Positions 18,508 to 29,351 of a DNA stretch of 64,000 nt are shown in pieces. Numbering within the stretch: the first letter of the stretch is position 1; the number at the start of each line of letters is the position of its first letter. The stretch covers positions 960,001 to 1,024,000 of the forward strand of contig CAXXOU010000004.1 of assembly GCA_963677495.2 (NCBI GenBank), written 5' to 3'. The notes under the pieces are model-generated. The model had not been told where the DNA came from. It saw only the letters and a list, made by a program, of their open reading frames with translations, and ran no database searches. Source of the stretch: Candidatus Cloacimonadales bacterium. Lineage in GTDB: Bacteria > Cloacimonadota > Cloacimonadia > Cloacimonadales > JAFGVF01. A program made the position numbers and the translations under genes.

Positions 18508-21042
18508 ATGATAAAGAATAGAACTAAAGACTTTACGCTCGATAACGGGTTTAAAGTCATACATACACAGGATAATAGTAGAGGTATTGTTGCCCTACAG
18601 GTTTACATCAAATGTGGCTCAGTGTGGGAATCACCTGAAGAAGCGGGATATTCTCACTTTATGGAGCATCTTGTGTTTAAAAGCACGACGAGTTATCCGA
18701 ACAACAGTTTAATGGATATTGCTTCATCTCTGGGTGGAGCAATTAATGCTTATACAGAATATGATTCAACTTGCTTCTATATTACGATCCCTTCCGAGTA
18801 TATTAGAGAGGGTGTTAAGATTCTTTCCGAACTTGTGCATTCAGCAAACTTCAATGAAAAGGAGTTCAAGTCTGAAAGACAGGTTGTAATTGAGGAGCTT
18901 AAACAGTATCAAAACGACCCGGAAGAGAACTTCATTGAGAAGATACCTGCTGTGTTCTTTGAACATAATCCCTATAGGAATCCGATTGTTGGGACAATGG
19001 AGAGTTTGAAGAGCTCTACACCTGAAAAACTGAGAGAGTTTTACCATAAACACTATCGTCCTGATAACTGCTTCTTTGTCGTTTCAGGTGATTACCAATT
19101 AGAAGAGTTGAACTCGATAGTAGATGATTACTTTGCTACCTGGAATTCTACAGACTCAGATGAGATTGTAATTAAACCGGAAGAGTTTCCTAAAGGATTT
19201 AAATACTCTTTCATTGAGAGCAAAATTAGAAAAGACCTAGTTGCATTTGTTGTGCCTGAGCCTTCTGATCTTCATCCTGATGCCCATTCTCACAATATGA
19301 CAATGAAGGCATTTGCTTCAGGGAAAAGCTCAATATTATGGAAACGACTTTATCTTCAAGAACAATTGGTTGATTCAGTTAAACTTTATTCATTCAGTGG
19401 TCGTAATGATGGTTTAGCAGCAGTGGTTGTATTCCCTAAGAAGAATAAGGATATACCATCAATATATAGAATCATTCTTGAAGAATTAGCAAGATTGAAG
19501 CGTTATGGACTAAGCAGTGAAGCTATTAGGAAGCATAGATTGGATCTTGAAAACTCATATAAATATGGGTTTGAGTTTATTGAAAGCCTTAGCTCAAGTC
19601 TTGGTAGTGAAGAGATACTTGGTGATTATAACTATCTTTATGAATATCCGGTCAAGATAGCACAAGTGAACTCTATGACTGTTAAGAAAGTGATTAACAA
19701 TCTTATCAATATAGAGCATACTCAGATCGCACATACAGGAAAAGTTAGTGTTGATGAAAATGAACTTCGTAAGATATATAACGAATTTTATGAGCATAAA
19801 GATGAAGAGATATCAACTAAGAAGTATGAAGAGTTTGAACTACCAAATGGTGTTACACTTCAGCTAAAGAAAGTAACAGGAAAGCCAACAGTAGGTCTTG
19901 CTGCATCATTCAAAGTCTCACAATTAGATGAACCTGCAGAACTTCGAGGTATCAATGCAATGACTGTTGCAATGCTTCAGTATGGTAATATTAAAAGAGA
20001 TTATGAATCATTATTGGAGTATTGTGTTGAGAATGGCATTAGTCTCACATGTGATCCTATGGTTGATTGTACAGTCATTAAGTCAAAATGCTTTAGCGAC
20101 AGATTATCTCAAACAGTAGCACTACTTGCTGATGTGATTGAGCAACCACTTTTCCCAATGAGTCATGTTAAACAGTTTAAGAATACTTGTCTTAGTGCTT
20201 TGGATCGTATCAAGGATTATCCGGCATCCATGGCACACAAGAAGTATAAAAAGCTTTTACTCGGTGATACAAGTAGGTATGTAAGCAGCATAGGTGAGAA
20301 GAAGCATGTTAAAGCTCTTACAAGGCAGAAAGTGATAGATTGGTATGATAAGTATTACAAGAATACTAAGATAAACATAGCTGTTGTTGGTGATATAGAC
20401 TTCTTGGAAGTAAAGCAGATGTTTGAGAAATATTTCAAGATTAAGAGAACTAAGCAAGGCAAGAAAAGAAGATTAAACAATGAAATAATCAACTTCGGTA
20501 CTAAAGTAATTGATACAAAACAGACTCAAGCAGTGATAAATTGCGGTGGAAAGAGCTGTTCCTATTCACAAAAGGAGTATAATACTTCTTTCTTTGTTCT
20601 TTCTCAAATCATTGGTGGAGATATGAACTCCCGTTTGTTTGAACTTCTTCGAGAGGAGCATGGTCTTGCTTATAGTGTAAGTTTTGAGAACAACTCATTC
20701 TGTGACTTTGGATACTTCAATGTGAACTGCATTACTGACAGAGATAGTGATAAGTTTGCTTTGAAATTAATTAAAGAAACTTTGCTTGACATTGCAGTGA
20801 ATGGTGTGACAGAAGAGGAGTTGGTTATAGCTAAAAACTATATTAAAGGCCAACGACTAATCGGGGAAGAGAGCATGATGACACAAGCAAAGATTATTAG
20901 CTATCTGAAAGCTCTCGGTTATGATTACACATATTATCTAACAAGAGATAAAAGATTAGAGGATGTTACCGTTGAAAGCATCAAGCATGTTGCTTCACTA
21001 TACTTCAAAGCCGGTAACTTCAATACGCTAATCTACAAATAA
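18508..21042 (+). CDS. M16 (pitrilysin-family) zinc metallopeptidase
   Basis: HFMEH inverted zinc motif, INAYT, C-terminal SRLFELLREEHGLAY. Confidence 0.9.
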   Translation: MIKNRTKDFTLDNGFKVIHTQDNSRGIVALQVYIKCGSVWESPEEAGYSHFMEHLVFKSTTSYPNNSLMDIASSLGGAINAYTEYDSTCFYITIPSEYIREGVKILSELVHSANFNEKEFKSERQVVIEELKQYQNDPEENFIEKIPAVFFEHNPYRNPIVGTMESLKSSTPEKLREFYHKHYRPDNCFFVVSGDYQLEELNSIVDDYFATWNSTDSDEIVIKPEEFPKGFKYSFIESKIRKDLVAFVVPEPSDLHPDAHSHNMTMKAFASGKSSILWKRLYLQEQLVDSVKLYSFSGRNDGLAAVVVFPKKNKDIPSIYRIILEELARLKRYGLSSEAIRKHRLDLENSYKYGFEFIESLSSSLGSEEILGDYNYLYEYPVKIAQVNSMTVKKVINNLINIEHTQIAHTGKVSVDENELRKIYNEFYEHKDEEISTKKYEEFELPNGVTLQLKKVTGKPTVGLAASFKVSQLDEPAELRGINAMTVAMLQYGNIKRDYESLLEYCVENGISLTCDPMVDCTVIKSKCFSDRLSQTVALLADVIEQPLFPMSHVKQFKNTCLSALDRIKDYPASMAHKKYKKLLLGDTSRYVSSIGEKKHVKALTRQKVIDWYDKYYKNTKINIAVVGDIDFLEVKQMFEKYFKIKRTKQGKKRRLNNEIINFGTKVIDTKQTQAVINCGGKSCSYSQKEYNTSFFVLSQIIGGDMNSRLFELLREEHGLAYSVSFENNSFCDFGYFNVNCITDRDSDKFALKLIKETLLDIAVNGVTEEELVIAKNYIKGQRLIGEESMMTQAKIISYLKALGYDYTYYLTRDKRLEDVTVESIKHVASLYFKAGNFNTLIYK

Positions 21043-21052
21043 GGTTTATATA

Positions 21053-23875
21053 ATGAAAGAAAAGATAATCATTAAAGGTGCAAGTGAACATAATCTAAAG
21101 AAGATTGATGTAGTGATTCCAAGAAACAAACTTGTAGTGTTTACAGGGGTTTCAGGTTCAGGTAAATCATCTCTTGCATTTGATACACTTTACGCAGAAG
21201 GACAAAGACGCTATGTAGAGTCTCTTTCTGCATATGCACGCCAGTTCCTTGGGCAGATGGAGAAACCTAAAGTTGATTATATCGAAGGTTTATCTCCTGC
21301 TATCTCAATTGAACAGAAAGCAGCAAGTAAGAACCCTCGTTCAACAGTTGGTACTGTAACAGAGATTTATGACTACCTAAGAATCCTATTCGCAAGAGTA
21401 GGTGTACAGCATTGTCCTGAATGTGGTAAAGAGATTGGTGCTCAGTCAGTAGATCAGATGATAGAGCATATAATGAAGCATGGGGATAAGACTAAACTTC
21501 AAATCTTAGCACCTTTAGTACAAAACAGAAAGGGTACTCATGCCGAGGTGATTCAGGAAGCTAAGGATGAAGGATTCGCTCGTATCAAGATTAATGGGGT
21601 TGTAAGACAACTCGATGAAGAGATTGTCCTTGATAAGAAGAGTAAACACACAATCGAAGTTGTGGTTGATAGAATTGTATTGAAAGATGGGATAGAGGGT
21701 CGTTTAACTGACTCATTAGAAACTGCTCTTAAGCTTGCTGATGGAATGGTTAAGATTGACTATGTAGAAGAGGAACATGAGGAACTGTTATCAGAGCAAT
21801 ATGCTTGTTCTGATTGTGGAATTGGTTTTGAAGAGTTATCGCCACAACACTTTTCATTTAATAGCCCGATTGGTGCTTGCCCTGAATGTAATGGTCTTGG
21901 TTATAAACTTGAAATAGACCCAGAGTTGGTTGTTCCTAATCCTAAACTCTCATTACGTAGAGGAGCTGTAGCAGCTTGGGGACCTTTAGGCAGGAAAACA
22001 GATAGCTGGACTTATCAGCAGATTCTTGCTTATGCTAAAGAACTGGATTTCTCACTTGAAACTCCATGGAAAGACTTACCAAAAGCAATACAGGATTTCC
22101 TATTATATGGTAAGAAGCGCAAAAAATTCCGTGTTAAATGGGAACGTAATGGTGCTATCTATGAGTTTGATTCTAAGCATGAGGGTATAATCAATACACT
22201 TGCCAGAAGAATGAAGGATACAAACTCTGAAGGTGCAAGACGCTATTACATGCGATATGTCAGTGATAAACCATGTTCTGTTTGTAACGGAACTAAGCTT
22301 AAACCTCAAAGTCGCTCAGTCCTCATAGAGAAAAAGAACATTACTGACGTAACTTCAATGACTATTCAGGAAGCTGAAAACTTCTTCACAGGTTTAAATC
22401 TTGAAGGTAACAAACTGATTATTGCGGAAGAAGTACTTAAAGAGATTAATGCAAGACTCGGTTTCTTAATGTCTGTTGGATTGCATTACCTTAACCTTGA
22501 TAGAAGATCTCCAACACTTTCCGGTGGTGAATCCCAAAGAATCAGATTGGCAAGTCAGATTGGTTCGCAGCTTGTAGGAGTTATGTACATTCTCGATGAA
22601 CCAAGTATTGGTCTTCATCAGCGTGATAATGATAGACTTATTCATATGCTTACAAAGCTTCGTGACCTTGGAAACACAGTCATTGTGGTTGAGCATGATG
22701 AAGATACAATCAGAACTGCTGATGAGATTCTAGATTTCGGACCACGAGCCGGTGTTTTTGGTGGTGATATTGTAGCACAAGGTTCACTAAAGAAGATTCT
22801 TCATAATAAGAAATCACTTACAGCCCAGTATCTGAGTGGAAAGCTAAGTATTGATGTTCCGGAAGAGAGACTTACACCGGGAGAGCATAAACTTGTTATC
22901 AAAGGTGCAAAGCACAATAACCTTAAAAATCTTGATGTAGAGATTCCTCTCGGTCTCTTTGTTTGTGTTACAGGTGTTTCAGGTTCAGGTAAGAGTTCAC
23001 TTATTAACCAGACACTTTATCCTGCATTGAACAATCACTTCTACAAGTCTTCAATGAAGATAGGTAAACATGAAGAGATTCTCGGATTAGAGCATATTGA
23101 TAAGATTATAAGTATCGACCAGCAACCTATTGGTCGTACTCCACGTTCTAATCCTTCAACATATATTAAGCTTTTTGACCATATTCGTAACCTTTTCGCT
23201 GAGCTTCCTGCTTCTAAGATTAGAGGTTATAAACCGGGACGCTTCTCTTTTAATGTAAAGGGTGGACGTTGCGAATCATGTCAGGGAGCAGGTGTAAAGC
23301 AGATTGAGATGCATTTCTTATCTGATGTGTTCGTTACTTGCGAAGTTTGTAAAGGAAAGCGTTATAACAATGAGACTTTGAGTGTGAAGTATAAAGGTCT
23401 TAGTATCTCAGAAGTGCTTGATCTTGATGTACAACAGGCGATTGAATACTTTGAGAACTTCCCACCGATAAAGCGTAAACTTCAGACACTACATGATGTT
23501 GGACTTGATTACGTAAAACTTGGTCAACCATCGACAACTCTTTCTGGTGGTGAAGCCCAGAGAATCAAGCTGGCAAAAGAGCTTAGTAAGACAAGTACAG
23601 GTAACACATTATATGTCCTTGATGAACCTACAACAGGTCTTCATTTCGATGATATAAACAGACTGATGAAGGTTCTTCAGCGTTTAGTAGCAATGGGTAA
23701 CAGTGTGATTGTTATCGAGCATAATATGGATGTTATTAAAACAGCAGATTATATTATTGACCTTGGACCTGAAGGTGGAGATGGTGGTGGAACAATCGTC
23801 ACAACCGGAACACCGGAAGAGGTTGTGAAGTGCAAGAAATCATATACAGGTAAGTATTTAAAGAAACATTTATAG
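21053..23875 (+). CDS. uvrA: Excinuclease ABC subunit A
   Basis: Two GVSGSGKSS Walker A motifs, [16 protein letters not shown], zinc-finger CxxC pairs. Confidence 0.97.
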   Translation: MKEKIIIKGASEHNLKKIDVVIPRNKLVVFTGVSGSGKSSLAFDTLYAEGQRRYVESLSAYARQFLGQMEKPKVDYIEGLSPAISIEQKAASKNPRSTVGTVTEIYDYLRILFARVGVQHCPECGKEIGAQSVDQMIEHIMKHGDKTKLQILAPLVQNRKGTHAEVIQEAKDEGFARIKINGVVRQLDEEIVLDKKSKHTIEVVVDRIVLKDGIEGRLTDSLETALKLADGMVKIDYVEEEHEELLSEQYACSDCGIGFEELSPQHFSFNSPIGACPECNGLGYKLEIDPELVVPNPKLSLRRGAVAAWGPLGRKTDSWTYQQILAYAKELDFSLETPWKDLPKAIQDFLLYGKKRKKFRVKWERNGAIYEFDSKHEGIINTLARRMKDTNSEGARRYYMRYVSDKPCSVCNGTKLKPQSRSVLIEKKNITDVTSMTIQEAENFFTGLNLEGNKLIIAEEVLKEINARLGFLMSVGLHYLNLDRRSPTLSGGESQRIRLASQIGSQLVGVMYILDEPSIGLHQRDNDRLIHMLTKLRDLGNTVIVVEHDEDTIRTADEILDFGPRAGVFGGDIVAQGSLKKILHNKKSLTAQYLSGKLSIDVPEERLTPGEHKLVIKGAKHNNLKNLDVEIPLGLFVCVTGVSGSGKSSLINQTLYPALNNHFYKSSMKIGKHEEILGLEHIDKIISIDQQPIGRTPRSNPSTYIKLFDHIRNLFAELPASKIRGYKPGRFSFNVKGGRCESCQGAGVKQIEMHFLSDVFVTCEVCKGKRYNNETLSVKYKGLSISEVLDLDVQQAIEYFENFPPIKRKLQTLHDVGLDYVKLGQPSTTLSGGEAQRIKLAKELSKTSTGNTLYVLDEPTTGLHFDDINRLMKVLQRLVAMGNSVIVIEHNMDVIKTADYIIDLGPEGGDGGGTIVTTGTPEEVVKCKKSYTGKYLKKHL

Positions 23876-23896
23876 AGAATTATAGAGGAGATATAG

Positions 23897-24856
23897 ATGC
23901 TCAGCTTTGTTAAAAAACTTAAGAGTAAACTCGCTAAAACAAAGAGCAGTTTTGTAGGGAAGATTGCCGAGACCATTAAACTTCGTGGTAAGGTTGATGA
24001 AGAGCTCATGGAGGAGCTTGAGGAGATACTCATTCGCTCCGATGTTGGTGTGAACATGAGTATTGAGATTATTGAGAAGCTTCGTGAAGAGGTACGCTAT
24101 CATAAATATACACAATCTGATGATGTACTTAATGCTCTTCAGAAGATTATGGGTGATTTCCTTCTGAAGGATTATGAAGATCTACCAACTCACTTTGATT
24201 TAGATAAGAAGAAACCGTTCATTTTCCTCTTCATCGGTGTGAATGGTGTTGGTAAAACTACTACCATTGGTAAGCTTGCAAGTCGTTATGCGAAAGAGGG
24301 CAAGAAAGTTCTTCTCATTGCAGGTGACACTTTCCGTGCAGCAGCTATCGAACAGCTTACTATCTGGTCAGAGCGTTCTGGAGTTTCTATAGTTAAGCGT
24401 GAGCAGGACTCTGATCCTTCTTCAGTTGTTTATGATGGAATTGCATCTGCTATAAGTAAAGACTATGACGTTGTTCTCATAGATACTGCAGGTAGACAGC
24501 ATAATAAAGTAAACCTGATGAACGAGTTAAACAAAATCGAAAGAACAATAAAGAAACTTGTACCTGAAGGACCAACAGAGACAATCCTTGTGGTTGATGC
24601 AACTACAGGTCAGAATGCTGTGACACAAGCAAAAACATTCAATAAGGTAGTAGAGCTCAGTGGTCTTGCTTTAACCAAGATGGATGGTACTGCTAAAGGT
24701 GGTGTTGTTCTCGGTATCAAGCATGAACTTAATATTCCTATTAGGCTTATTGGTATCGGTGAAGGTATCGATGATTTGAAAGACTTTGATGTTAAAGATT
24801 TCGTTGAAGCTATGTTCACTGCTGATTCAAGCACTGAGAGTGGGGAAGAGGAATGA
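23897..24856 (+). CDS. ftsY: Signal recognition particle receptor (short NG form)
   Basis: GVNGVGKTTT, DTFRAAA, DTAGR, TKMDGTAKGG. Confidence 0.95.
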   Translation: MLSFVKKLKSKLAKTKSSFVGKIAETIKLRGKVDEELMEELEEILIRSDVGVNMSIEIIEKLREEVRYHKYTQSDDVLNALQKIMGDFLLKDYEDLPTHFDLDKKKPFIFLFIGVNGVGKTTTIGKLASRYAKEGKKVLLIAGDTFRAAAIEQLTIWSERSGVSIVKREQDSDPSSVVYDGIASAISKDYDVVLIDTAGRQHNKVNLMNELNKIERTIKKLVPEGPTETILVVDATTGQNAVTQAKTFNKVVELSGLALTKMDGTAKGGVVLGIKHELNIPIRLIGIGEGIDDLKDFDVKDFVEAMFTADSSTESGEEE

Positions 24857-25410
24857 AGAAGTATATAATCCTTCTTCTCACAGTCATAGCTGTTTCAACA
24901 TTGTTTGCTGTTTCGGGTCTGCGTGAAAGCATTATCCAGGGACTGGAAGCAAGAAATTTAGACCCACGTTTAATCATAGTACTAATCTCTATGCTACCAA
25001 TTATTGAGCTTAGGGGAGCTATTCCTGTAGCCATTCTTATGTTTGGTCTACCATGGTATGAAGCAGTGATGTGGGCGGTACTTGGAAATATGATTCCTAT
25101 CCCAATCTTGATAATCTTCATTGGTTGGCTTGATAAAGTCGCACATAAAATACCGATTCTAAGAAGATTCCTAGATTGGCTCTTTGCCAGAACCCGTAAG
25201 AAAGGTAAATCAATCGAACTCTATAAAGAGATAGGTCTAACACTCTTCGTAGCTGTTCCACTGCCTGTAACTGGTGGCTGGACAGGTGCAATGGCATGTT
25301 ATCTCTTCGGGCTTAAGTTCTGGAAGTCACTAATCTGTATCTTTGCAGGTGTTCTCATTGCATCAGGTATTATGACAGCTCTTTCATTAGCAGGTAAAAT
25401 AGCTTTATAA
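24853..25410 (+). CDS. Putative small multidrug export family membrane protein (COG2426-like)
   Basis: SMLPIIELRGAIP and FVAVPLPVTGGWTG motifs. Confidence 0.8.
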   Translation: MKKYIILLLTVIAVSTLFAVSGLRESIIQGLEARNLDPRLIIVLISMLPIIELRGAIPVAILMFGLPWYEAVMWAVLGNMIPIPILIIFIGWLDKVAHKIPILRRFLDWLFARTRKKGKSIELYKEIGLTLFVAVPLPVTGGWTGAMACYLFGLKFWKSLICIFAGVLIASGIMTALSLAGKIAL

Positions 25411-25432
25411 GCAATAACTTAAATAGTTTTTA

Positions 25433-25459
25433 AAAGCAGTGGTCAGCCACTGCTTTTTT
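25433..25459 (+). terminator. Intrinsic terminator of the apbE-ftsY operon
   Basis: AAAAGCAGTGG-tcag-CCACTGCTTTTTT. Confidence 0.85.
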
Positions 25460-25460
25460 A

Positions 25461-25871
25461 GTAGGACATGCTACCAGCTTGTCCGCTTAGCGAAGCTAAG
25501 CATATTCCCCTCTCGTAGAGGGGTGCCGTTTTAACGGTGGGGTGTTTCTTCCTTCGAGGTAACCATTTGCAAGGTTTTCAACCATTCCAAAGGTACAGAT
25601 TTTAGTGTTTCAGATATCAGCCCTTGGGCAGAACATGAATAGCTATGGGTGCAAACATTATAATATTTTAGTGTTTCAGATATCAGCCCTTTGGGCTGAA
25701 CATGAATAGCTATGGGTGCAAACCCATAGAAATGAGACATAAACAAACCCCAGCCCTTAGGGCTGAATAATTGCTTTATACACACATCTTATATTTTTTA
25801 TACGTGGAGACACCTAGGGGCTTAAGAAAGTTTATGATAGAGCATTTAACCACCAGATGAATCTGGTGGCT
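25461..25871. repeat. Cluster of REP-like palindromes including a ~58-bp tandem duplication
   Basis: GTAG-REP 25461-25501; CCCCTCT hairpin 25504-25546; duplication 25599-25656 and 25665-25723; three-hairpin unit 25684-25770; CCACCAGATGAATCTGGTGG near 25850-25869. Confidence 0.75.
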
Positions 25872-26147
25872 CTGGGAAGCATTTGCATATCAGTTTTAAC
25901 AGCTATTTCACTCTCACTCCTCTGCCATAATTACTATTCATTAGATATCTCAATCTTATCAAATTCGAGTCTAAAACCTGTTAAAGAATAACTACATTTC
26001 AAAAGGGATTCAACAGGTGTCTCATTCGAGATGGATGATAATTGTAGCAGAGCAGTGACGGTTTCATGATTTTGAGATTCATTTAAAAGGTTTCATATTT
26101 TATTCTGCTGGATCTCTGCTGAAAGTCTGATATCCACACCTACTTTA

Positions 26148-26220
26148 CTCCCGAGCCTCCCGGGGGCCTCTCGGGGATAGGCGGGGGAGGGCCCCGAGTG
26201 GTCCCCGTGTGCGACGGGAG
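26148..26220. repeat. GC-rich, approximately 11-bp-phased array within a CTCCCG...CGGGAG hairpin
   Basis: GCCTCCCGGGG, GCCTCTCGGGG, ATAGGCGGGGG, then CCCCG at 26192 and 26203. Confidence 0.65.
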
Positions 26221-26428
26221 AAAATACCAGAATTCCATCAGACATTCCTCAAACGATTTCATACTATTATTCACTATCTTACTATTATTCTTAAATACCT
26301 TAACTCCCAATTTGCACCTAATCCAATTGCTGTCAATGGCAGTGAGAAATGGTACACGATGGCAGTGAAAAGTGGTACAAAACTGCCAACCTTTAAAAAT
26401 GACTACTTCAAGACAGTTTGGAGTAGGT

Positions 26429-27904
26429 ATGATTGGAGTAGAAGTGTATCATTCAATAAAAACTATGCATAAGCAAGGGCATAGTCAGCGTAAGATCGCA
26501 GAGGAGTTGTCTCTATCAAAGACAACAGTAGGTAAATACATAAATATGACACTTGATGAGTTCATGGAACTAATAAACAATAGCATTCGTGAAAGCAGTT
26601 TTGCCATATGTGAGCAATATGTCCGCGAAAGGCTTAGCAAATATCCACGATTAAGAGCTAGTGTACTATATTTAGAAGTTAAGAAAAAGTTCCCTGAGAT
26701 AAAAGCAAAAGACAGAGCTTTCCGAGATTTTGTTCGTAAGCTAAAGCAGACTTATCCTGTCGATAAATACCGTAATTATGCAGTAATCGAGACGGCTCCC
26801 GGTGTTCAGGTTCAAGTTGATCCAGGTGAGATGAAAGTAGTTTTGGGTAATAAACGTCAAAGAGTTTATTTTATAGTTTTTGTGCTTTCCCACTCGCGTC
26901 AAAGCTATGTCCATTGGAGCACAACACCATATAACACATCAAGGTTTATTGAAGCTCATCGTGAAGCTTTTATCTATTTTGAAGGTATCCCTTCAGAGTG
27001 TGTTTACGACCAGACAAAGCTTGTAGTAATACAGGAACGCTATCGGGAAGTAATCTTAAATAATCAGTTCCATCAGTTTGCAGCAAAAACGGGCTTTCAT
27101 CCTCATGTATGCGAAGGCTATGATCCACAAAGCAAGGGTAAAGTAGAGCGTAATGTCTCAGAAGTAAAGCATGGCTTTATGTATGGCAAAGAGTTCAAAG
27201 ACCTGGCAGACCTGCGTTCACGCGGACTTGAGTGGCTTTTACACTTTAACGGCAGAACCCATGGCACAACCCGTAAAGTACCATCAGAAGTATGGCAAGA
27301 AGAGAGGTTAAAGCTAAAAGATATTCCAGAGTTTATCTTCACTTTAGAAGTTCGTAATGCAGATAAAACAGGCTTAATCTCGTATGAGGGTAATAAGTAC
27401 TCTGTTCCATTAGAGTATCAGCGAAAACAGGTATATGTGCAAAAAGAAAAGAGCACTTTAGTGGTGATGGATATTTATACAAGAAAGGAAATCTGCCAAC
27501 ATGAGCTATGCACAGAAAAAGGCAAAATCATCAAAAACACTAATCATTATCGGGATTTTACGGTAGTGCTACAAGAGCTTATTGAGCGAGTAAAGGATGA
27601 GATGAGTGAATATATCCAAGGAGAAGAACTAATCCAGAGGCTTGTTAATGATAACCCTAAAATAGCAAGGGATCAGTTGAGAGCCTTAAGCAAGTTTAAG
27701 CGTAACTATGAAACAGATGTATGGGAGTCAGTGCTTCCTGAGGTAATGACTCTTTCGCATGTAAAGGCAACAGCCATAGAGAAGCTTCTGAATGCAAAAG
27801 TAAGACAAATGAAGCTAAATGAATTATCAGAATCAGAACCACAACAAGACTCAGAGAGTTCATTAATAGAGCGCTCATTAGATGACTACATGAAGGTGTT
27901 ATAA
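26429..27904 (+). CDS. istA: IS21 transposase
   Basis: N-terminal HTH; DDE region QVDPG, VYDQTK, KGKVER; ATG 26429 after GGAGTAGG. Confidence 0.92.
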   Translation: MIGVEVYHSIKTMHKQGHSQRKIAEELSLSKTTVGKYINMTLDEFMELINNSIRESSFAICEQYVRERLSKYPRLRASVLYLEVKKKFPEIKAKDRAFRDFVRKLKQTYPVDKYRNYAVIETAPGVQVQVDPGEMKVVLGNKRQRVYFIVFVLSHSRQSYVHWSTTPYNTSRFIEAHREAFIYFEGIPSECVYDQTKLVVIQERYREVILNNQFHQFAAKTGFHPHVCEGYDPQSKGKVERNVSEVKHGFMYGKEFKDLADLRSRGLEWLLHFNGRTHGTTRKVPSEVWQEERLKLKDIPEFIFTLEVRNADKTGLISYEGNKYSVPLEYQRKQVYVQKEKSTLVVMDIYTRKEICQHELCTEKGKIIKNTNHYRDFTVVLQELIERVKDEMSEYIQGEELIQRLVNDNPKIARDQLRALSKFKRNYETDVWESVLPEVMTLSHVKATAIEKLLNAKVRQMKLNELSESEPQQDSESSLIERSLDDYMKVL

Positions 27905-27905
27905 G

Positions 27906-28637
27906 ATGATAGAGATAACTAAAACATACATCAAAAGGGCTCGTTGTACTCATATTTTGAATACTCTTGAAAGTGCAGTTTTAGAAGCAGAGAAACAGAA
28001 TATGACTTATCTGGAGTTCGTACATTATCTATTTGAAAAAGAGAACTCAGGAAGGAATCAAACCAATATCAACAGAAGACTTAAACAGGCTCACATCCCG
28101 GTAATAAAGACCTTTGATGAGTTCGACTATGCTTATCAACAAGTAATAACCAAAAGACAAGTAAAGGAGTGGAAGAACTTTGTCTGGCTGGAGCAGAGGA
28201 GGAATATAATTTTAATGGGACCTCCGGGAGTAGGTAAGACTCATGTTGCAACAGCACTCAGTTATGAAGCAATAAAGGCAGGATATAAGGTGGTGTTTTA
28301 TAATCTGAACAACCTTATCGAAGAACTTGTACTAGCTGAAGCAGATAACAACATAGATAAATATCTAAGCAATATAGCCAAGAATGATCTGATAGTTATA
28401 GATGAGATGGGGTATCTTCCTCTCCAGACAAAGGCAGCTAATCTGTTCTTTAGACTCATCCATCTCTTATACGAATTTAGATCAGTAATCATAACATCGA
28501 ATAGGTTGTTTAATGAATGGGGAGCTATTTTTAACGACAATGTGATAGCAACTGCTATTCTTGATAGATTACTCCATCACTCACAACCAATTACAATGCT
28601 CGGAGACAGCTTTAGACTAAGGAATTTTCAAAAATGA
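27906..28637 (+). CDS. istB: IS21 helper AAA+ ATPase
   Basis: GPPGVGKT, LIVIDEMG, ITSN, ILDRLLHH. Confidence 0.95.
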   Translation: MIEITKTYIKRARCTHILNTLESAVLEAEKQNMTYLEFVHYLFEKENSGRNQTNINRRLKQAHIPVIKTFDEFDYAYQQVITKRQVKEWKNFVWLEQRRNIILMGPPGVGKTHVATALSYEAIKAGYKVVFYNLNNLIEELVLAEADNNIDKYLSNIAKNDLIVIDEMGYLPLQTKAANLFFRLIHLLYEFRSVIITSNRLFNEWGAIFNDNVIATAILDRLLHHSQPITMLGDSFRLRNFQK

Positions 28638-28705
28638 AGACTGTACCATTTTTAAATGCCAAACTGTACCAATTTAAAATGCCATTGACACCAATTGCCA
28701 TCCAT

Positions 28706-28751
28706 CATAACGAGTTTCTAACGGGGAGCTAACGGGAAGCTAACGGGGAGC
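28706..28751. repeat. 11-bp tandem array (CTAACGGGGAG)
   Basis: TAACG at 28708, 28719, 28730, 28741. Confidence 0.85.
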
Positions 28752-28808
28752 GATTGAGTAGTAAGAAGATTAAATTGGATATCGAAGCATGGATTGTATC
28801 TACTTTTC

Positions 28809-28915
28809 GTAGGGGCACAACAACTTGTGCCCTTGTATAATGATTATGTGACTGTTGAAAGATGTTTTCCGAATAGTGTGGAGACATCTGAGGGCTTAAG
28901 ATGTTAAGCCCCTAC
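28809..28915. repeat. GTAG-type REP hairpins
   Basis: GTAGGGGCACAAcaacTTGTGCCC at 28809; GGGCTTAAgatgTTAAGCCCCTAC ending 28915, with relatives near 25804 and 33438. Confidence 0.65.
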
Positions 28916-28917
28916 AT

Positions 28918-29105
28918 GTACTGCGACTCTCCAGAGTTGCTGTGACGACAAAGTCGTCATCTCCACTGACAGTAATTTTGGTTATAACAGTTCAAGTTCA
29001 TTCTAAGTCAGTTGTCATCTCTTCAGTCAATACTACTTATAGTACACGATAAGCTTTCCCGATATAGCTTTGCAAGCTATGAGCAAGTGGGGACACTCGC
29101 ACTAC
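28918..29105 (-). repeat. REPIN/MITE-like element (~188 bp), inverted relative to 33853-34072
   Basis: Ends GTACTGCGACTCTCC and GGACACTCGCACTAC; internal hairpins GACGACaaaGTCGTC and ATAGCTTtgcAAGCTAT. Confidence 0.8.
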
Positions 29106-29113
29106 TTTGCAGT

Positions 29114-29202
29114 CCTACATGGGTGGAATGTGAATAGCCCCGGGTTTTGTGAACCCGGGGTCATGTACCCCAAAAGACCATTAGAACCCTGAAGGGGTTC
29201 AA
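29114..29202. repeat. Three-hairpin REP-like unit
   Basis: GAATAGCCCCGGGTTttgtgAACCCGGGG...GAACCCtgaagGGGTTC; same layout as 25684-25770 and 33601-33683 (inverted). Confidence 0.6.
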
Positions 29203-29351
29203 CGATTACTTGACAAAGAAGATGATGTTACTCAAATAATGATATGATTATGAGGGTAGGTATTTCCTACCCTCATATTTAGATTGCATAAACTATGTAG
29301 ATGCATTAAACCTACATAGTAGGTAAGTCCATATAAAACAAAGCAGGTCCT

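Larger units (their letters stand above)
26331..28690 (+). mobile_element. Complete IS21-family insertion sequence (2360 bp)
   Basis: Ends TGTCAATGGCA and TGCCATTGACA, each with a duplicated subterminal repeat; direct repeat CCAATTGC at 26323-26330 and 28691-28698; istA-istB inside. Confidence 0.95.

Noticed and set aside
25531..26472. ORFs 25531-25785 and 26209-26472
   Set aside because: They run through REP duplications or across the IS21 left end, with no RBS or recognisable domain
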